Shown here piece after piece: positions 37,594 through 48,122 of a DNA stretch of 64,000 nt. Below the pieces are notes generated by a model that saw only the letters and a list, made by a program, of their open reading frames with translations, was not told where the DNA came from and did no database searches. This stretch comes from Minisyncoccota bacterium. Its GTDB lineage: Bacteria; Patescibacteriota; Minisyncoccia; Phycocordibacterales; CAJBRS01. The stretch is taken from the NCBI GenBank assembly GCA_017881075.1, contig JADGRH010000006.1:117666-181665 (forward strand). Reading direction: 5' to 3'. The translations under genes and the position numbers were made by a program. Within the stretch, counting starts at the first letter, position 1. Each line of letters starts with the position of its first letter.

Positions 37594-39342
37594 GTGTATA
37601 TAAACGAAAAGCAGTTAAAGGAGTTCATTCTCGACTCTGGCTTAGTCACCCGGAAGGATTTTGATTCTTCAGAAAAAGAAGCGGAGGGAAAAAAGACCAG
37701 CATCGGGGAAATCCTAGTAAATAAAGGCAAGCTGAACGAAGATGATCTTCGTCGTATTCAGGCCTATGTCTTGGGAATCCCCTTTGTGGATCTGAAAGAT
37801 CAAAAAATTGATTTTCAAGTGCTCTCACTCATTCCAGAACCGATCGCCAGAAATCATAACATCGTCCCATTCAAGCAGTCGGGCGGTAACTTAGAAGTAG
37901 CTATGCTCGACACGGACGATTTGAGTGCCATTGAATTTGTTAAAAAGAAAGTAGATTTACGTATTCTCCCGCGTCTTACCAACACCGATTCCATGAAAGC
38001 CGTTCTTCTGCAGTATCAGAAATCTCTGAAGGCTGACTTCGGAGATATCATTCAAAAAGAAGCTACCATTCTTAAAAATTTAGCCGAAGGAGGGGATGGG
38101 GCGAGCGAGAGTGATCTAAAAAAACTAGCCGAAGATTTACCGGTAATCAGAATTGTGGATACTCTTTTAAAGCATGCCATCTTGCAGGATGCTTCCGATA
38201 TTCATATTGAGCCGCAAGAAACAGAGGTGTTGGTGCGCTATCGTATTGATGGCCTTCTTCATGATGCCATGGTCTTGCCGAAAAACGCCGGAGCGAGTAT
38301 TACAGCCAGAATCAAGGTTCTTTCAAGCTTAAAATTGGACGAAAAACGTCTACCGCAGGACGGCCGATTCAAGATTGATATGAATAGTGAAAAGGTTTCT
38401 TTTCGTGTCTCCATCTTGCCTACATATTATGGCGAGAAGACGGTGATGCGACTTCTGCGAGAAAACGTTTCCGGGTTCACCCTGGAAGGTCTTGGTTTCC
38501 ATGGTCCGGCTTTGGAGCTTGTTCATGAAGGAACTAGGCTGGCAAATGGCTTGATTCTCACTACTGGTCCTACCGGCTCGGGCAAAACCACCACCCTTTA
38601 TACCATTCTGGATATTTTAAATACTCCGGATGTTAATATTTCCACCGTCGAGGATCCGGTAGAGTATCAGATGAAAAGAATAAATCAAAGTCAGGTGAAG
38701 CCGGACATAGGCTTCACCTTTTCTTCCGGGCTCCGTTCATTAGTGCGTCAGGATCCGGATATTATTATGGTCGGAGAGATCCGTGATAATGAGACGGCTT
38801 CACTGGCTATTAATGCCGCCTTGACGGGCCACTTAGTGCTTTCTACTTTGCATACGAACTCGGCCGCCGGCGCCATCCCACGTCTTCTTGATATGAAAGT
38901 TGAACCATTCCTATTGGTTTCCACATTAAATATCGTTATTGCCCAACGTCTGATTCGTCGCTTGACTGCGAGCAAGGAAAAATATTTCCTGACCAAGGCC
39001 GAAGTCGTCAGTCTTTCAAAAACCATTAACCTTGATCGTGTTCTGAAGTCTCTAAAAGAAGAGAAGATCGTCGAGCCTGGAGCGACATGGGAAAAGATTC
39101 CGTTTTATAAGCCAAAAGCCTCAGCCGAATCGGAAGATGGCTACAAGAGTCGGTTGGGCATTCATGAAGTTCTGCGGGTAAGCCCGACTATTAAGGATCT
39201 TATTATTCGTGGCGCCACTTCGGCCGCGGTTGAAGAGCAAGCCAAAAAGGAGGGAATGCTGACCATGATTGAAGATGGTATCTTTCAATGTGTTCAAGGG
39301 GTGACCACTATTGAAGAGGTACTTAGAGTGGTGTCGGAGTGA
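37594..39342 (+). CDS. pilB: Type IV pilus assembly ATPase (PilB/GspE)
   Basis: ASDIHIEP, RLPQDGR, GPTGSGKTT, RQDPDIIMVGEIRD, TGHLVLSTLH. Confidence 0.95.
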   Translation: MYINEKQLKEFILDSGLVTRKDFDSSEKEAEGKKTSIGEILVNKGKLNEDDLRRIQAYVLGIPFVDLKDQKIDFQVLSLIPEPIARNHNIVPFKQSGGNLEVAMLDTDDLSAIEFVKKKVDLRILPRLTNTDSMKAVLLQYQKSLKADFGDIIQKEATILKNLAEGGDGASESDLKKLAEDLPVIRIVDTLLKHAILQDASDIHIEPQETEVLVRYRIDGLLHDAMVLPKNAGASITARIKVLSSLKLDEKRLPQDGRFKIDMNSEKVSFRVSILPTYYGEKTVMRLLRENVSGFTLEGLGFHGPALELVHEGTRLANGLILTTGPTGSGKTTTLYTILDILNTPDVNISTVEDPVEYQMKRINQSQVKPDIGFTFSSGLRSLVRQDPDIIMVGEIRDNETASLAINAALTGHLVLSTLHTNSAAGAIPRLLDMKVEPFLLVSTLNIVIAQRLIRRLTASKEKYFLTKAEVVSLSKTINLDRVLKSLKEEKIVEPGATWEKIPFYKPKASAESEDGYKSRLGIHEVLRVSPTIKDLIIRGATSAAVEEQAKKEGMLTMIEDGIFQCVQGVTTIEEVLRVVSE

Positions 39343-39354
39343 TAGAATGATCTT

Positions 39355-40569
39355 ATGAAATTCAAATACAGCGCCACAAACAGCCAAGGAGAAACTCATG
39401 AGGGGATCAAAGATGCGCCTGATAAATTTACTTTCTACCGCAATTTAAAAAAAGACGGCGAAACAATCGTTTGGGTGAAAGAAGTAAGAGGAGGAGGACT
39501 TTCCTCTATTAATTTCAGCTTTGGTCTTTTTGGTCGGATCAAGATGCACGACAAGATCGTCTTTGCCAGAAATCTCGGAGGAATGATTGAGGCCGGGCTG
39601 TCCTTATCGCGAGGGTTGTCTGTTCTTGAGAGACAAACCAAGAACAAGAAGTTAAAAGCGACCTATAAATCGCTGAATGATTCCATTGCCGCCGGCAAAA
39701 CTTTTCATGATGCTATGGCGGAATTCCCAAACGTTTTTAACACCCTTTTTATTTCCATGGTCAAGGCAGGGGAGGAAGGAGGTAATCTTGCCGGCTCCCT
39801 AAAGCAGATCGCTTCGCAGACGGAAAAAACTTACCTGCTTCAGAAAAAAATTAAGGGGGCAATGATCTACCCAGCCGTTATTGTTTCAGTGATGATTTTG
39901 ATTGGGGTTTTAATGATGATCTTTGTGGTGCCGAGCCTGACCGCCACTTTTAAGGAATTGAATGCCCCACTCCCAGGTAGCACTCTTTTCATTATTGCCA
40001 TCAGTGATTTTCTGGCAAAAAATTATATTTTATCGGCTCTGATACTCATTATCTTGGTCGTCGGTATCTACTTAGTAGCCAAGACTAAAAAAGGCAAGAG
40101 ATTCCTTGATTATGTCATCTTACATATTCCGATTGTTGCGCCACTGGTTAAAGAAACTAATGCCGCTCGCACCACCAGAACTTTATCAGCCCTTCTTCGC
40201 TCCGGTGTTGATTTAATTCTGGCCGCTCAAATTACCGGCGAAGTTCTTCAAAATTCTTATTACAAGGAGGTTTTGAAGGAGGTGGAAGTGAAAGTGACCA
40301 AGGGCGATCCTATTTCCGGGTTGTTTTTAGAAAAAGAAAAACTTTATCCGGTTTTCGTTGGCGAGATGATTAGTGTCGGCGAAGAGACCGGCCAGCTTTC
40401 CGAAATGCTTGTCGGGGTAGCTGATTTTTATGAAGAAGAGGTGGAACAAAAAACCAAGGATATGTCTACAATTATTGAACCATTTTTAATGGTCTTTATT
40501 GGTTTAGTAGTCGGTTTCTTTGCTGTTTCTATGATCACCCCTCTTTATACCGTAATGAATAATATATAA
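39355..40569 (+). CDS. pilC: Type IV pilus platform protein (PilC/GspF)
   Basis: AGEEGGNL, KGAMIYP, VGEETGQL, IIEPFLM. Confidence 0.95.
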   Translation: MKFKYSATNSQGETHEGIKDAPDKFTFYRNLKKDGETIVWVKEVRGGGLSSINFSFGLFGRIKMHDKIVFARNLGGMIEAGLSLSRGLSVLERQTKNKKLKATYKSLNDSIAAGKTFHDAMAEFPNVFNTLFISMVKAGEEGGNLAGSLKQIASQTEKTYLLQKKIKGAMIYPAVIVSVMILIGVLMMIFVVPSLTATFKELNAPLPGSTLFIIAISDFLAKNYILSALILIILVVGIYLVAKTKKGKRFLDYVILHIPIVAPLVKETNAARTTRTLSALLRSGVDLILAAQITGEVLQNSYYKEVLKEVEVKVTKGDPISGLFLEKEKLYPVFVGEMISVGEETGQLSEMLVGVADFYEEEVEQKTKDMSTIIEPFLMVFIGLVVGFFAVSMITPLYTVMNNI

Positions 40570-40580
40570 GAGCAGAGCTT

Positions 40581-42359
40581 ATGCTAAGAGCTATTCGTGG
40601 ATTCACTCTAATTGAGACTCTGGTCAGTATTGCCATCTTTGTTATTTTAGTGATGGTTGTATCCCAAACTAGTTTTACTATCGTTCGACAAGCGAGAGCC
40701 TATCGAGAAAACACTACGGTCTCGGGATTGGCAGATCAATATATAGAAATCGCCAGAAATTTACCTTATTCTCAAATAGGCACTTTGAGCGGTAATCCTC
40801 ATGGTAATCTTCCCGATCAACCAAATGCCACCAACGTTACATTTAATCTCAATACTTATCAAATTTACTATGTTGTAAATTACATAGATGATCCTGCAGA
40901 TGGAACAATCCTGGCTGGTACGGATCCCACCCCAAATGATTATAAACAGCTTAAATTGTATATAAAAAACACCGCTACCGGATTCACCAGCACTTTCTTA
41001 AGCAATATTTCACCCAAAGGTCTTGAAAATTTGAGTAGCGGCGGAGCCCTCAACATTAAAGTCTTTGACGCTGTTGGACAGCCAATTCCTAACGCCACCA
41101 TCAATATTACCAACACCTCCTTAACTCCAAATATTAATTTGACTCGGACAAGTGATGCTAACGGTAATTGGACTGAAGTGGGATTGCCGGATAGTGCCAA
41201 TAGTTATCACCTAGTGGTGACAAAAAACGGTTATTCGACCGACCGCACTTATGCCATAAGCGGCCAAAATCCCAACCCGACTAAACCGGATGGTACCATT
41301 TCAAATGGGCAGGTTACTCAGATTAGTTTCTCCATTGATCAATTAAGTAATCTACTATTCAATACTCTAGATCAGACCTGCAGTGCCATATCGGCAGTTG
41401 GTCTTCAGGTGCGTGGTTCGAAATTGATCGGCACGCCGAGTGTAGTGAAATTTGATAATTCCTATACATCAAATGGTGCCGGTCAGGTGTCGCTGAATAA
41501 TATTGAGTGGGATAATTACACTCCGGCCCTTAGCACTATAAGCTACATGATCTATGGTTCTTCTCCCATTCAGCAGATTAGTTTACTTCCCAACACTACA
41601 CAACAGTTTACTTTAATCCTTGGTCCGCACACCAGCAACAGTTTATTAGTCATTGTTAAAGACGCCTCGACTGGTAATCCGATCGAAGGAGCTAGTGTTC
41701 TATTAAACAAGGGAAATTCTCCCATAAATACTAAACTAACAGGAGGTAGTATATGGGCTCAGCAAGACTGGTCGGGAGGATCGGGACAAACTACTTTCAG
41801 TGATATGACTAAGTATGATCAAGATGATGGCAATATCAACACCACAGATACACCAACAGCTCTTCGTTTAAGGCACTCCGGATTATCTTACGCTTCCTCG
41901 GGGTTTTTGGTTTCTTCAACATTTGATACCGGGACGGCTTCAAGTTCTTACACTACTCTAAATTGGCAGCCTACTTCTCAAGATCCAACCACTCTTCTTA
42001 AATTCCAAATTGCCACTAGCAATAGCACCTCAACTTGGAATTTCCTAGGACCTGACGGTACGGTTAATACTTATTATAGTGTTCCGGGGACTACGATTAA
42101 CAGCTCTAATAATGGTAATCGTTTTGTCCGATATAAAGTCTATCTCTCTACAACAAATAGCTCCAAGACTCCGGTGTTGACTAGTCTTAGTCTTAATTAT
42201 GTTCCTGGTTGTTTTACCCCTGGGCAAGTAATGTTTCCCGGCCTTCAAACTGGTTCAGATTATGGAGTAGGGGTAAGTATGTCAGGATTTCAAACGGAAA
42301 CTATCAATAACTTGAATATTAACGGTTATAATGTATTAAATGTATTACTCGGCCATTAA
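40581..42359 (+). CDS. Large prepilin with carboxypeptidase-regulatory-like beta domains (minor pilin / adhesin)
   Basis: RG|FTLIE class III signal; GQPIPNATINI and GNPIEGASV repeats. Confidence 0.85.
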   Translation: MLRAIRGFTLIETLVSIAIFVILVMVVSQTSFTIVRQARAYRENTTVSGLADQYIEIARNLPYSQIGTLSGNPHGNLPDQPNATNVTFNLNTYQIYYVVNYIDDPADGTILAGTDPTPNDYKQLKLYIKNTATGFTSTFLSNISPKGLENLSSGGALNIKVFDAVGQPIPNATINITNTSLTPNINLTRTSDANGNWTEVGLPDSANSYHLVVTKNGYSTDRTYAISGQNPNPTKPDGTISNGQVTQISFSIDQLSNLLFNTLDQTCSAISAVGLQVRGSKLIGTPSVVKFDNSYTSNGAGQVSLNNIEWDNYTPALSTISYMIYGSSPIQQISLLPNTTQQFTLILGPHTSNSLLVIVKDASTGNPIEGASVLLNKGNSPINTKLTGGSIWAQQDWSGGSGQTTFSDMTKYDQDDGNINTTDTPTALRLRHSGLSYASSGFLVSSTFDTGTASSSYTTLNWQPTSQDPTTLLKFQIATSNSTSTWNFLGPDGTVNTYYSVPGTTINSSNNGNRFVRYKVYLSTTNSSKTPVLTSLSLNYVPGCFTPGQVMFPGLQTGSDYGVGVSMSGFQTETINNLNINGYNVLNVLLGH

Positions 42360-42972
42360 AAACTCTAAACATACAGCATTTACTCTAATAGAGACTCTGG
42401 TATCAATATCCATCTTTACTATTCTGATGTTGGGTATCGGAGTTCTATTTAAAGGGGTTTACTCTAATTCAAATCAACAAAAGATATCAATAGACAATAC
42501 TGACCAAGCCAGAATAATTATATTCAACTTTGCCAATGAGTTAAGAAATGTTACTCTCGGAAACGACGGATCTTATCCTTTAAACCAGGCCGGCGATTCG
42601 CAGGTTATTCTATTTACAAGTTATGGCGCAACGGGTTCAAACGTCAATAGAGTTAGATACTATAGTTCCAGTACTAAATTATATAAAGGTATCGTCACTC
42701 CATCGGGCAATCCATTAACTTACAACCTCGCTTCTGAAGTGAACACTCCAATCCTGAATGGTCTTAGCGGCACCTCATCCATATTTTTTTATTACGATGG
42801 TAATTATAGCGGTACTAGCACCCCGCTTAGCCAACCGGTCAACCTCACCCAAGTGAAGTTTATTAAAATGAATTTAATTGTTCTTAAACAAGATGTCACT
42901 AATGCCACAGGCACCTTTTCAATCGCCGCCGGAGCAACCCTCCGAAATCTAAAAACTAATTTGGGTAATTAA
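42340..42972 (+). CDS. Minor pilin (PilW/GspJ-like)
   Basis: A|FTLIE, ELRN, C-terminal TLRNLK. Confidence 0.85.
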   Translation: MYYSAIKNSKHTAFTLIETLVSISIFTILMLGIGVLFKGVYSNSNQQKISIDNTDQARIIIFNFANELRNVTLGNDGSYPLNQAGDSQVILFTSYGATGSNVNRVRYYSSSTKLYKGIVTPSGNPLTYNLASEVNTPILNGLSGTSSIFFYYDGNYSGTSTPLSQPVNLTQVKFIKMNLIVLKQDVTNATGTFSIAAGATLRNLKTNLGN

Positions 42973-42977
42973 TAGAG

Positions 42978-44369
42978 ATGAAAAGACCCGCACTTAAAAA
43001 AAATGGTGATACCTTAGTCTTACTTTTGATCATCGTCTTTCTTTTTACCGTCATGATGTTGCCAATCATTAATATCTTGATCCTAAAATCAAGAGTACTA
43101 AACTCTACCGTTAATAAAGAGAAGGCCTATCAAGTGGCAGAAGCAGGTATAAATTATTATCAATGGCATTTGGCTCACTACCCGGCAGATTATCAGGATG
43201 GCACTAACCACGGCGGTCCATACGTTCATAATTATACTGATTTTGATACAGAGAAAACTGTTGGACAGTACAGTCTTACTATCACACCCCCGGACGTCGG
43301 ATCAACCATTGTAACTATTCAATCAAAAGGTTTGACTACGGATAATCCGAATGTGACCAGAACCATAACTGCTCGTTACGGCATTCCTTCGCTTGCCCAA
43401 TATTCTTTTTTAAGCAATGACGTCATCTGGATCGGCAGCGACGAAACAGTCAGTGGGGAATTGCAATCAAATAACGGAGTACGATTTGATGGTGTCGGCA
43501 ATGCTCCTATCCAATCAGCTAAATCGACCTATACTTGTCCAAGTACCCAAGGAAGTCCGTGCCCGACTACCGAGAATGGGGTATGGGGAAGTGCAACACA
43601 GGCAGTTAAAAATTTTTGGCAATTTCCTGTGCCGGCGGTAGACTTTTCAACCCTAACATCCAATCTGGCCTCTCTTAAAAGTCTGGCGCAAGCTTCCGGC
43701 GGGATCTATCTTCCTCCCTCGAATGCCCAAGGTTATTCATTGGTTTTCAATAACGACAGCACCATAAGCATATATAAAGTCACTAGTCGTCTTTCAAATC
43801 CGACCGGCTGGGATGTTAATTCTAATCCTCATAATGAATATACCGATTACAACACTAGAACCTTGCTCTATAGCAAGGCCATGCCGACAAACGGCATTGT
43901 CTATATAGAAGACAATACCTGGGTTGAAGGCACTGTGAGGGGAAGAGTAATGGTCGCCGCCGCTCAATTACCATATAATCCTTCTACTGCACCGACGATC
44001 TATCTTCCCAAGAATATTGTCTATTCGGCCAAAGACGGAACAAATGTTCTAGGCTTACTCTCGCAGAAAGATCTTATCGTTACTTATCACGCTCCCAATA
44101 TTTTAGAGATTGATGCTGCTTTAATCAGTCAAAATGGTAGTGTCCAATTTTTATATTATCCGAATGATATAAAAACCAGTATTACTGTCTTTGGCTCGAT
44201 CATGACATTTGGGCAATGGACCTGGACCTGGGTTGATGGTTCCAATAATGTTGTGTCAGGGTATGCGACAACAAATGATACTTATGACGGCAATTTACTT
44301 TACGGTCCTCCTCCCAGTTTCCCAATATCAACATCAGGCTATCAACCCTTGAGTTTTACCAGTAATTAA
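42978..44369 (+). CDS. PilX/GspK-like minor pilin
   Basis: KKNG| hydrophobic helix lacking Glu5; KAYQVAEAGINY. Confidence 0.82.
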   Translation: MKRPALKKNGDTLVLLLIIVFLFTVMMLPIINILILKSRVLNSTVNKEKAYQVAEAGINYYQWHLAHYPADYQDGTNHGGPYVHNYTDFDTEKTVGQYSLTITPPDVGSTIVTIQSKGLTTDNPNVTRTITARYGIPSLAQYSFLSNDVIWIGSDETVSGELQSNNGVRFDGVGNAPIQSAKSTYTCPSTQGSPCPTTENGVWGSATQAVKNFWQFPVPAVDFSTLTSNLASLKSLAQASGGIYLPPSNAQGYSLVFNNDSTISIYKVTSRLSNPTGWDVNSNPHNEYTDYNTRTLLYSKAMPTNGIVYIEDNTWVEGTVRGRVMVAAAQLPYNPSTAPTIYLPKNIVYSAKDGTNVLGLLSQKDLIVTYHAPNILEIDAALISQNGSVQFLYYPNDIKTSITVFGSIMTFGQWTWTWVDGSNNVVSGYATTNDTYDGNLLYGPPPSFPISTSGYQPLSFTSN

Positions 44370-44376
44370 AATATTT

Positions 44377-44715
44377 ATGAAATTAATGAAAATTTTAATT
44401 CTTCTATTCTTCGGTTTCCAATTGATCTACGCCACGAGCGCAATGGCGGCGAAATTGGCCCCTTTTCCAAGTAGCGCATCATTACAGCCAATCCCTGTCT
44501 TTACCCATCCTAATGTTTCTGGCAATGTCAATCATACCGGTATTAAGAGTACTGATTATCAGAATACTAACGCACCAATAGTAAATAATTCAAACGCAAG
44601 TAATACAGAAACAGAAACTAAGAGCTCTTATGGTGTGTGGTTTTGGTTTTCCATCTGGCTCGCTATTCTCTCCTTATTTTTTGCTCTGGTTCTCACAATA
44701 AAAAGGAAAAAATAA
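44377..44715 (+). CDS. Secreted protein with C-terminal membrane anchor
   Basis: Signal peptide; C-terminal TM followed by KRKK. Confidence 0.7.
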   Translation: MKLMKILILLFFGFQLIYATSAMAAKLAPFPSSASLQPIPVFTHPNVSGNVNHTGIKSTDYQNTNAPIVNNSNASNTETETKSSYGVWFWFSIWLAILSLFFALVLTIKRKK

Positions 44716-44848
44716 ACCCCAAAAATTTAGACTAAGTCGGACCTCTTCTCATCTACTCTCCCTTGAGTTCGAGTCCTTGATCCCCGGGGAGAAATGTAAA
44801 AATAAAAAACGCTACCCTGGAGTCATTCAAGTAGCGTTTGTGTTGAAG

Positions 44849-45493
44849 TTAAGGACCTCGATAGCCCAGGTATTCTGATACCAGGTTGCTGCCCATTTCA
44901 TCACCATCCAGCATTATTAACTCCTGAAGCGGCGTCCGCCCAGAGCGCTGGTCTTGATGAACACTCTCTCTGCCCTTCCTTCTGTTTCCAAACCCTACGC
45001 ATCCGCGCATTTTTGAGGCAGAGAGGGGGAGGCAACCCCAGAGAGTACGGTCTTTAGCTCTGATGCTATTGGAATCAAGAGCTCCTGTCGAATCGACACA
45101 TTTACCCTCGTCGTCGAAGCAAAACTCGTAGGTAAACAGAGGAGTGTCAGACTGTGAGGTGTGACCCCGAACAGTAAGCACAACCTTTTCGTCTTTTCGA
45201 TGGAAGAAGAAACTCAATCTCTCCGATTGCAAGAGCCTATCGGTATAGGGCCTGGGCTCCCAGCTTTCCGCCCTCGTATTGTCTTGAGGACGAAACAAAC
45301 CCGCTGTGTGAGCAGCATTGAGTTCTCTCGACATCGTAAGCTGCTCCATAACGCCGCTTACCTCATAAGCTTGGATGTTTCCCATAAGTCGGAGGGCTGC
45401 AAGGTAAGCGGGGGTTGCTTTGGTTTCTTTTCGGCAGGCTTTTCGCCAGGTTTTCAGTTGCCTGCTACATTTCATATTTTCTGTCGTTATCAT
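44849..45493 (-). CDS. Orphan hypothetical protein
   Basis: 214-aa ORF with terminator hairpin AAACGCTAC...GTAGCGTTT at about 44807-44839. Confidence 0.6.
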   Translation of the reverse strand: MITTENMKCSRQLKTWRKACRKETKATPAYLAALRLMGNIQAYEVSGVMEQLTMSRELNAAHTAGLFRPQDNTRAESWEPRPYTDRLLQSERLSFFFHRKDEKVVLTVRGHTSQSDTPLFTYEFCFDDEGKCVDSTGALDSNSIRAKDRTLWGCLPLSASKMRGCVGFGNRRKGRESVHQDQRSGRTPLQELIMLDGDEMGSNLVSEYLGYRGP

Positions 45494-45747
45494 CGTGATT
45501 CTTCCTTTCGGTTTGGCTCACTATGGCCGTTTTGGGGACAGCATGACGCTGTCTTGTCTAAATTCAAATTATAATAAAAATTAGGTTTTGTCTAGACTAA
45601 AATCCGACACCCAGGTTCCAACATCGTACCTGCCCGCACTTGCGGTAGCTAGGCAGGCGGGCCAGCCCCCCAGAGTAAAACCCGATATCCGATGTCGGAC
45701 ATCTTGTGAGGGAACAGGGTTATATATGAGTGTGTTATAATTTCCTC

Positions 45748-46500
45748 ATGTCACGACGAAAAAAGATTGTTGTTGCTAATTGGAAGATGAATCCGGAGTC
45801 TTTGACTGAGGCTTTGAAGATTTTTACCGGCATCAAAAAAGCGGCTCGAAGAACAAATCAAGTTCAGACCATCATTTGTCCTCCGAATTTGTATTTAACT
45901 GAATTAAAAAAATATTATCACCCACTTGGCGCCCAAGATGTGTCTGTAGAAATCAAAGGAGCACATACTGGGGAAATTAGTGCCGAAATGCTTAAGAAAA
46001 GTGGTGCTGACTATGTTATTGTTGGTCACTCCGAGCGTCGAACGATGGGGGAAACAAATGAAGTAGTAAACAAGAAGATCCAGGCGGCGCTTAGTGAAAA
46101 GCTCAAGATCATTCTTTGTGTCGGGGAATCGGAGAGGGATGAAAATGGAGAATATCTTAATTTTGTTAAAATTCAACTGAGGCATTCTCTTAAACACATT
46201 AATCATAGACAAATAAAAAATATTTTAATTGCTTATGAGCCGATCTTTGAGGTTGGCCGGAAAGGTTTTCAAGCTATGGAACCTCATGATATTCATCAAA
46301 TGATGATATTCATTCGTAAACACCTGATTGAACACTTTAATGATCGCGCCGCCGCTCGAGTGCCAATTCTTTACGGTGGCTCGGGGAGCTCTGCGAATGC
46401 TGCGAAGATTGTGAAAGAAGGGGCAGTGGATGGGTTACTAATCGGCCGGCAGAGTTTAGATCCGGAGAAATTTAGTAAAATTATTAAATCAGTCAGTTAA
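45748..46500 (+). CDS. tpiA: Triosephosphate isomerase
   Basis: ANWKMN, GAHTGEIS, VGHSERR, AYEP, LYGGS; ATG 6 nt after TATAAT. Confidence 0.95.
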   Translation: MSRRKKIVVANWKMNPESLTEALKIFTGIKKAARRTNQVQTIICPPNLYLTELKKYYHPLGAQDVSVEIKGAHTGEISAEMLKKSGADYVIVGHSERRTMGETNEVVNKKIQAALSEKLKIILCVGESERDENGEYLNFVKIQLRHSLKHINHRQIKNILIAYEPIFEVGRKGFQAMEPHDIHQMMIFIRKHLIEHFNDRAAARVPILYGGSGSSANAAKIVKEGAVDGLLIGRQSLDPEKFSKIIKSVS

Positions 46501-46524
46501 TTTAAAACTAACCGCTCGCTCACG

Positions 46525-46581
46525 AACTTTTTTGGAGACCGCTCCGGGGCGCTTGCCCAAGTCTTAGTCTCCAAAAAAGTT
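46525..46581. repeat. Imperfect hairpin with 15-bp perfect arms between tpiA and pgk
   Basis: AACTTTTTTGGAGAC / GTCTCCAAAAAAGTT. Confidence 0.85.
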
Positions 46582-46609
46582 GTAAGCTTCGCGTTCAGTT
46601 TCCTAAAAA

Positions 46610-47731
46610 ATGAAATTCGGATTAAAAAGTATTAAAGAAGTCGAAAATCTACAGGGAAAGAAAGTGATCCTGCGGCTTGATCTTAATGTGCCGGAAGAAA
46701 ATGGTCAGATAAAAGATGATTTTCGAATTTTGAAATTACTGCCGGTCTTGGATTTTCTACGAGAGAATGGGGCAATATCATTAGTAATTAGCCATCTTGA
46801 TGCCGTTGGCGAATCTTTGGAGCCGGTTGCCCAATATTTGAATCAGAAATTTCCAACCACTTTTTTTAAAGATATTTTTAGTGAAGAGGTGCAACAAAAA
46901 ATGAAGAGCGCCGAAAACGGAGAGGTTATTCTTTTTGAGAATATTCGTCAGTATCCGGAAGAAGAAAAAAATAATGAAGACTTTAGTAAGAAAATTGCCG
47001 CTCTTGGCGATCTTTATGTAAACGATGCCTTTCCAGCCTCGCATCGTAAGCATGCATCAATCATTGGCGTACCAAAATTTCTGCCGCATTATGCCGGTAT
47101 TCAATTTGAGAAAGAAATAGAGCATCTTTCTCTGCATGATAATCCGGAAAGACCATTCCTTTTTATTTTAGGGGGGGCAAAATTTGAAACGAAGCTTCCT
47201 TTGATTCAAAAGTTTTTGAGCAAGGCAGATAAATGCTTCGTGGCTGGGGCTCTAGCAAACGACTTTTTCAAAGCTAAGGGTTGGGAGGTAGGAAGGTCTG
47301 TTATTTCCGATATTCCATTTGATCGATCCATTTTGAAGAATGAAAAATTAATTTTACCCACGGATGTTGTGGTGGAGAACGGACAGGGAGTCGAAGCCAA
47401 GGATGCATCCCTAATCGCTGTAGGCGACAAGATCGTAGATGCCGGCCCGAAGTCGTTGCAGCAACTCAGAGGACTCATCAAGGAAGCGAAATTGATCATT
47501 TGGAATGGCCCACTTGGTTTTTACGAGAATGGTTTTAATCAGCCAACACTTGATTTGGCCAAAATGATCGGGGGAAGCGTAGCCACTTCCGTCATCGGTG
47601 GTGGCGACACCATCGCCGCTATTGAAACTCTCGGCATCCAGGACAAATTTACTTTTGTTTCCACTGGCGGCGGCGCGATGCTGGACTTCTTACTGGATGA
47701 AACCTTGCCGGGGATTGAGGCCTTGAAATAG
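46610..47731 (+). CDS. pgk: Phosphoglycerate kinase
   Basis: RLDLNVP, ENIR, YVNDAF..SHRKHAS, WNGPLG, GGGDT, STGGGA. Confidence 0.97.
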   Translation: MKFGLKSIKEVENLQGKKVILRLDLNVPEENGQIKDDFRILKLLPVLDFLRENGAISLVISHLDAVGESLEPVAQYLNQKFPTTFFKDIFSEEVQQKMKSAENGEVILFENIRQYPEEEKNNEDFSKKIAALGDLYVNDAFPASHRKHASIIGVPKFLPHYAGIQFEKEIEHLSLHDNPERPFLFILGGAKFETKLPLIQKFLSKADKCFVAGALANDFFKAKGWEVGRSVISDIPFDRSILKNEKLILPTDVVVENGQGVEAKDASLIAVGDKIVDAGPKSLQQLRGLIKEAKLIIWNGPLGFYENGFNQPTLDLAKMIGGSVATSVIGGGDTIAAIETLGIQDKFTFVSTGGGAMLDFLLDETLPGIEALK

Positions 47732-47752
47732 TGTCAAAGACTGTCTTTGACA
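47732..47752. repeat. Perfect 21-bp odd palindrome ending in TTGACA
   Basis: TGTCAAAGAC-T-GTCTTTGACA. Confidence 0.85.
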
Positions 47753-47796
47753 TGCCTGTAATGGTTTGTTAAGGTGAAAATAGAAAGATTCCACCT

Positions 47797-48057
47797 ATGA
47801 AATTTGTAAGGAAGTCGATTTGGGTATTAGTTGCGGCTCTTATACTCTCATTTAATATTGTTTGTTGGAGGCTGATACCCTATCTAATAAATCATGATGC
47901 CACGAAAGAAATTCTCGCGGTCGTCTTTGGGATCATAATTCTTGTTATCCTCCCTTCCGCATTTTTCTTTTTACTTCTTCTGCGCTATTCGCCCTGGAGA
48001 TGGCCAAGAATCCAAAAGAGTATAGAGCCTCTATTTGGAGAAGAACGGCGCGTCTAA
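47797..48057 (+). CDS. Small two-TM orphan membrane protein
   Basis: Two hydrophobic segments; TTGACA-17-TAAGGT upstream. Confidence 0.6.
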   Translation: MKFVRKSIWVLVAALILSFNIVCWRLIPYLINHDATKEILAVVFGIIILVILPSAFFFLLLLRYSPWRWPRIQKSIEPLFGEERRV

Positions 48058-48097
48058 AAACGACGCCGATTTTATTTTTCTAATTCCTTTTTATTGA

Positions 48098-48122
48098 ATG
48101 ACCGAAGTCTGACTTCGGTCAT
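48098..48122. repeat. GAAGTC-T-GACTTC palindrome (25 bp perfect)
   Basis: ATGACCGAAGTC-T-GACTTCGGTCAT. Confidence 0.88.

Noticed and set aside
46230-46460. tpiA as pseudogene because of divergent motifs (AYEPIFEVG, GRQSL)
   Set aside because: Catalytic Lys, His and Glu are present and the frame is full length
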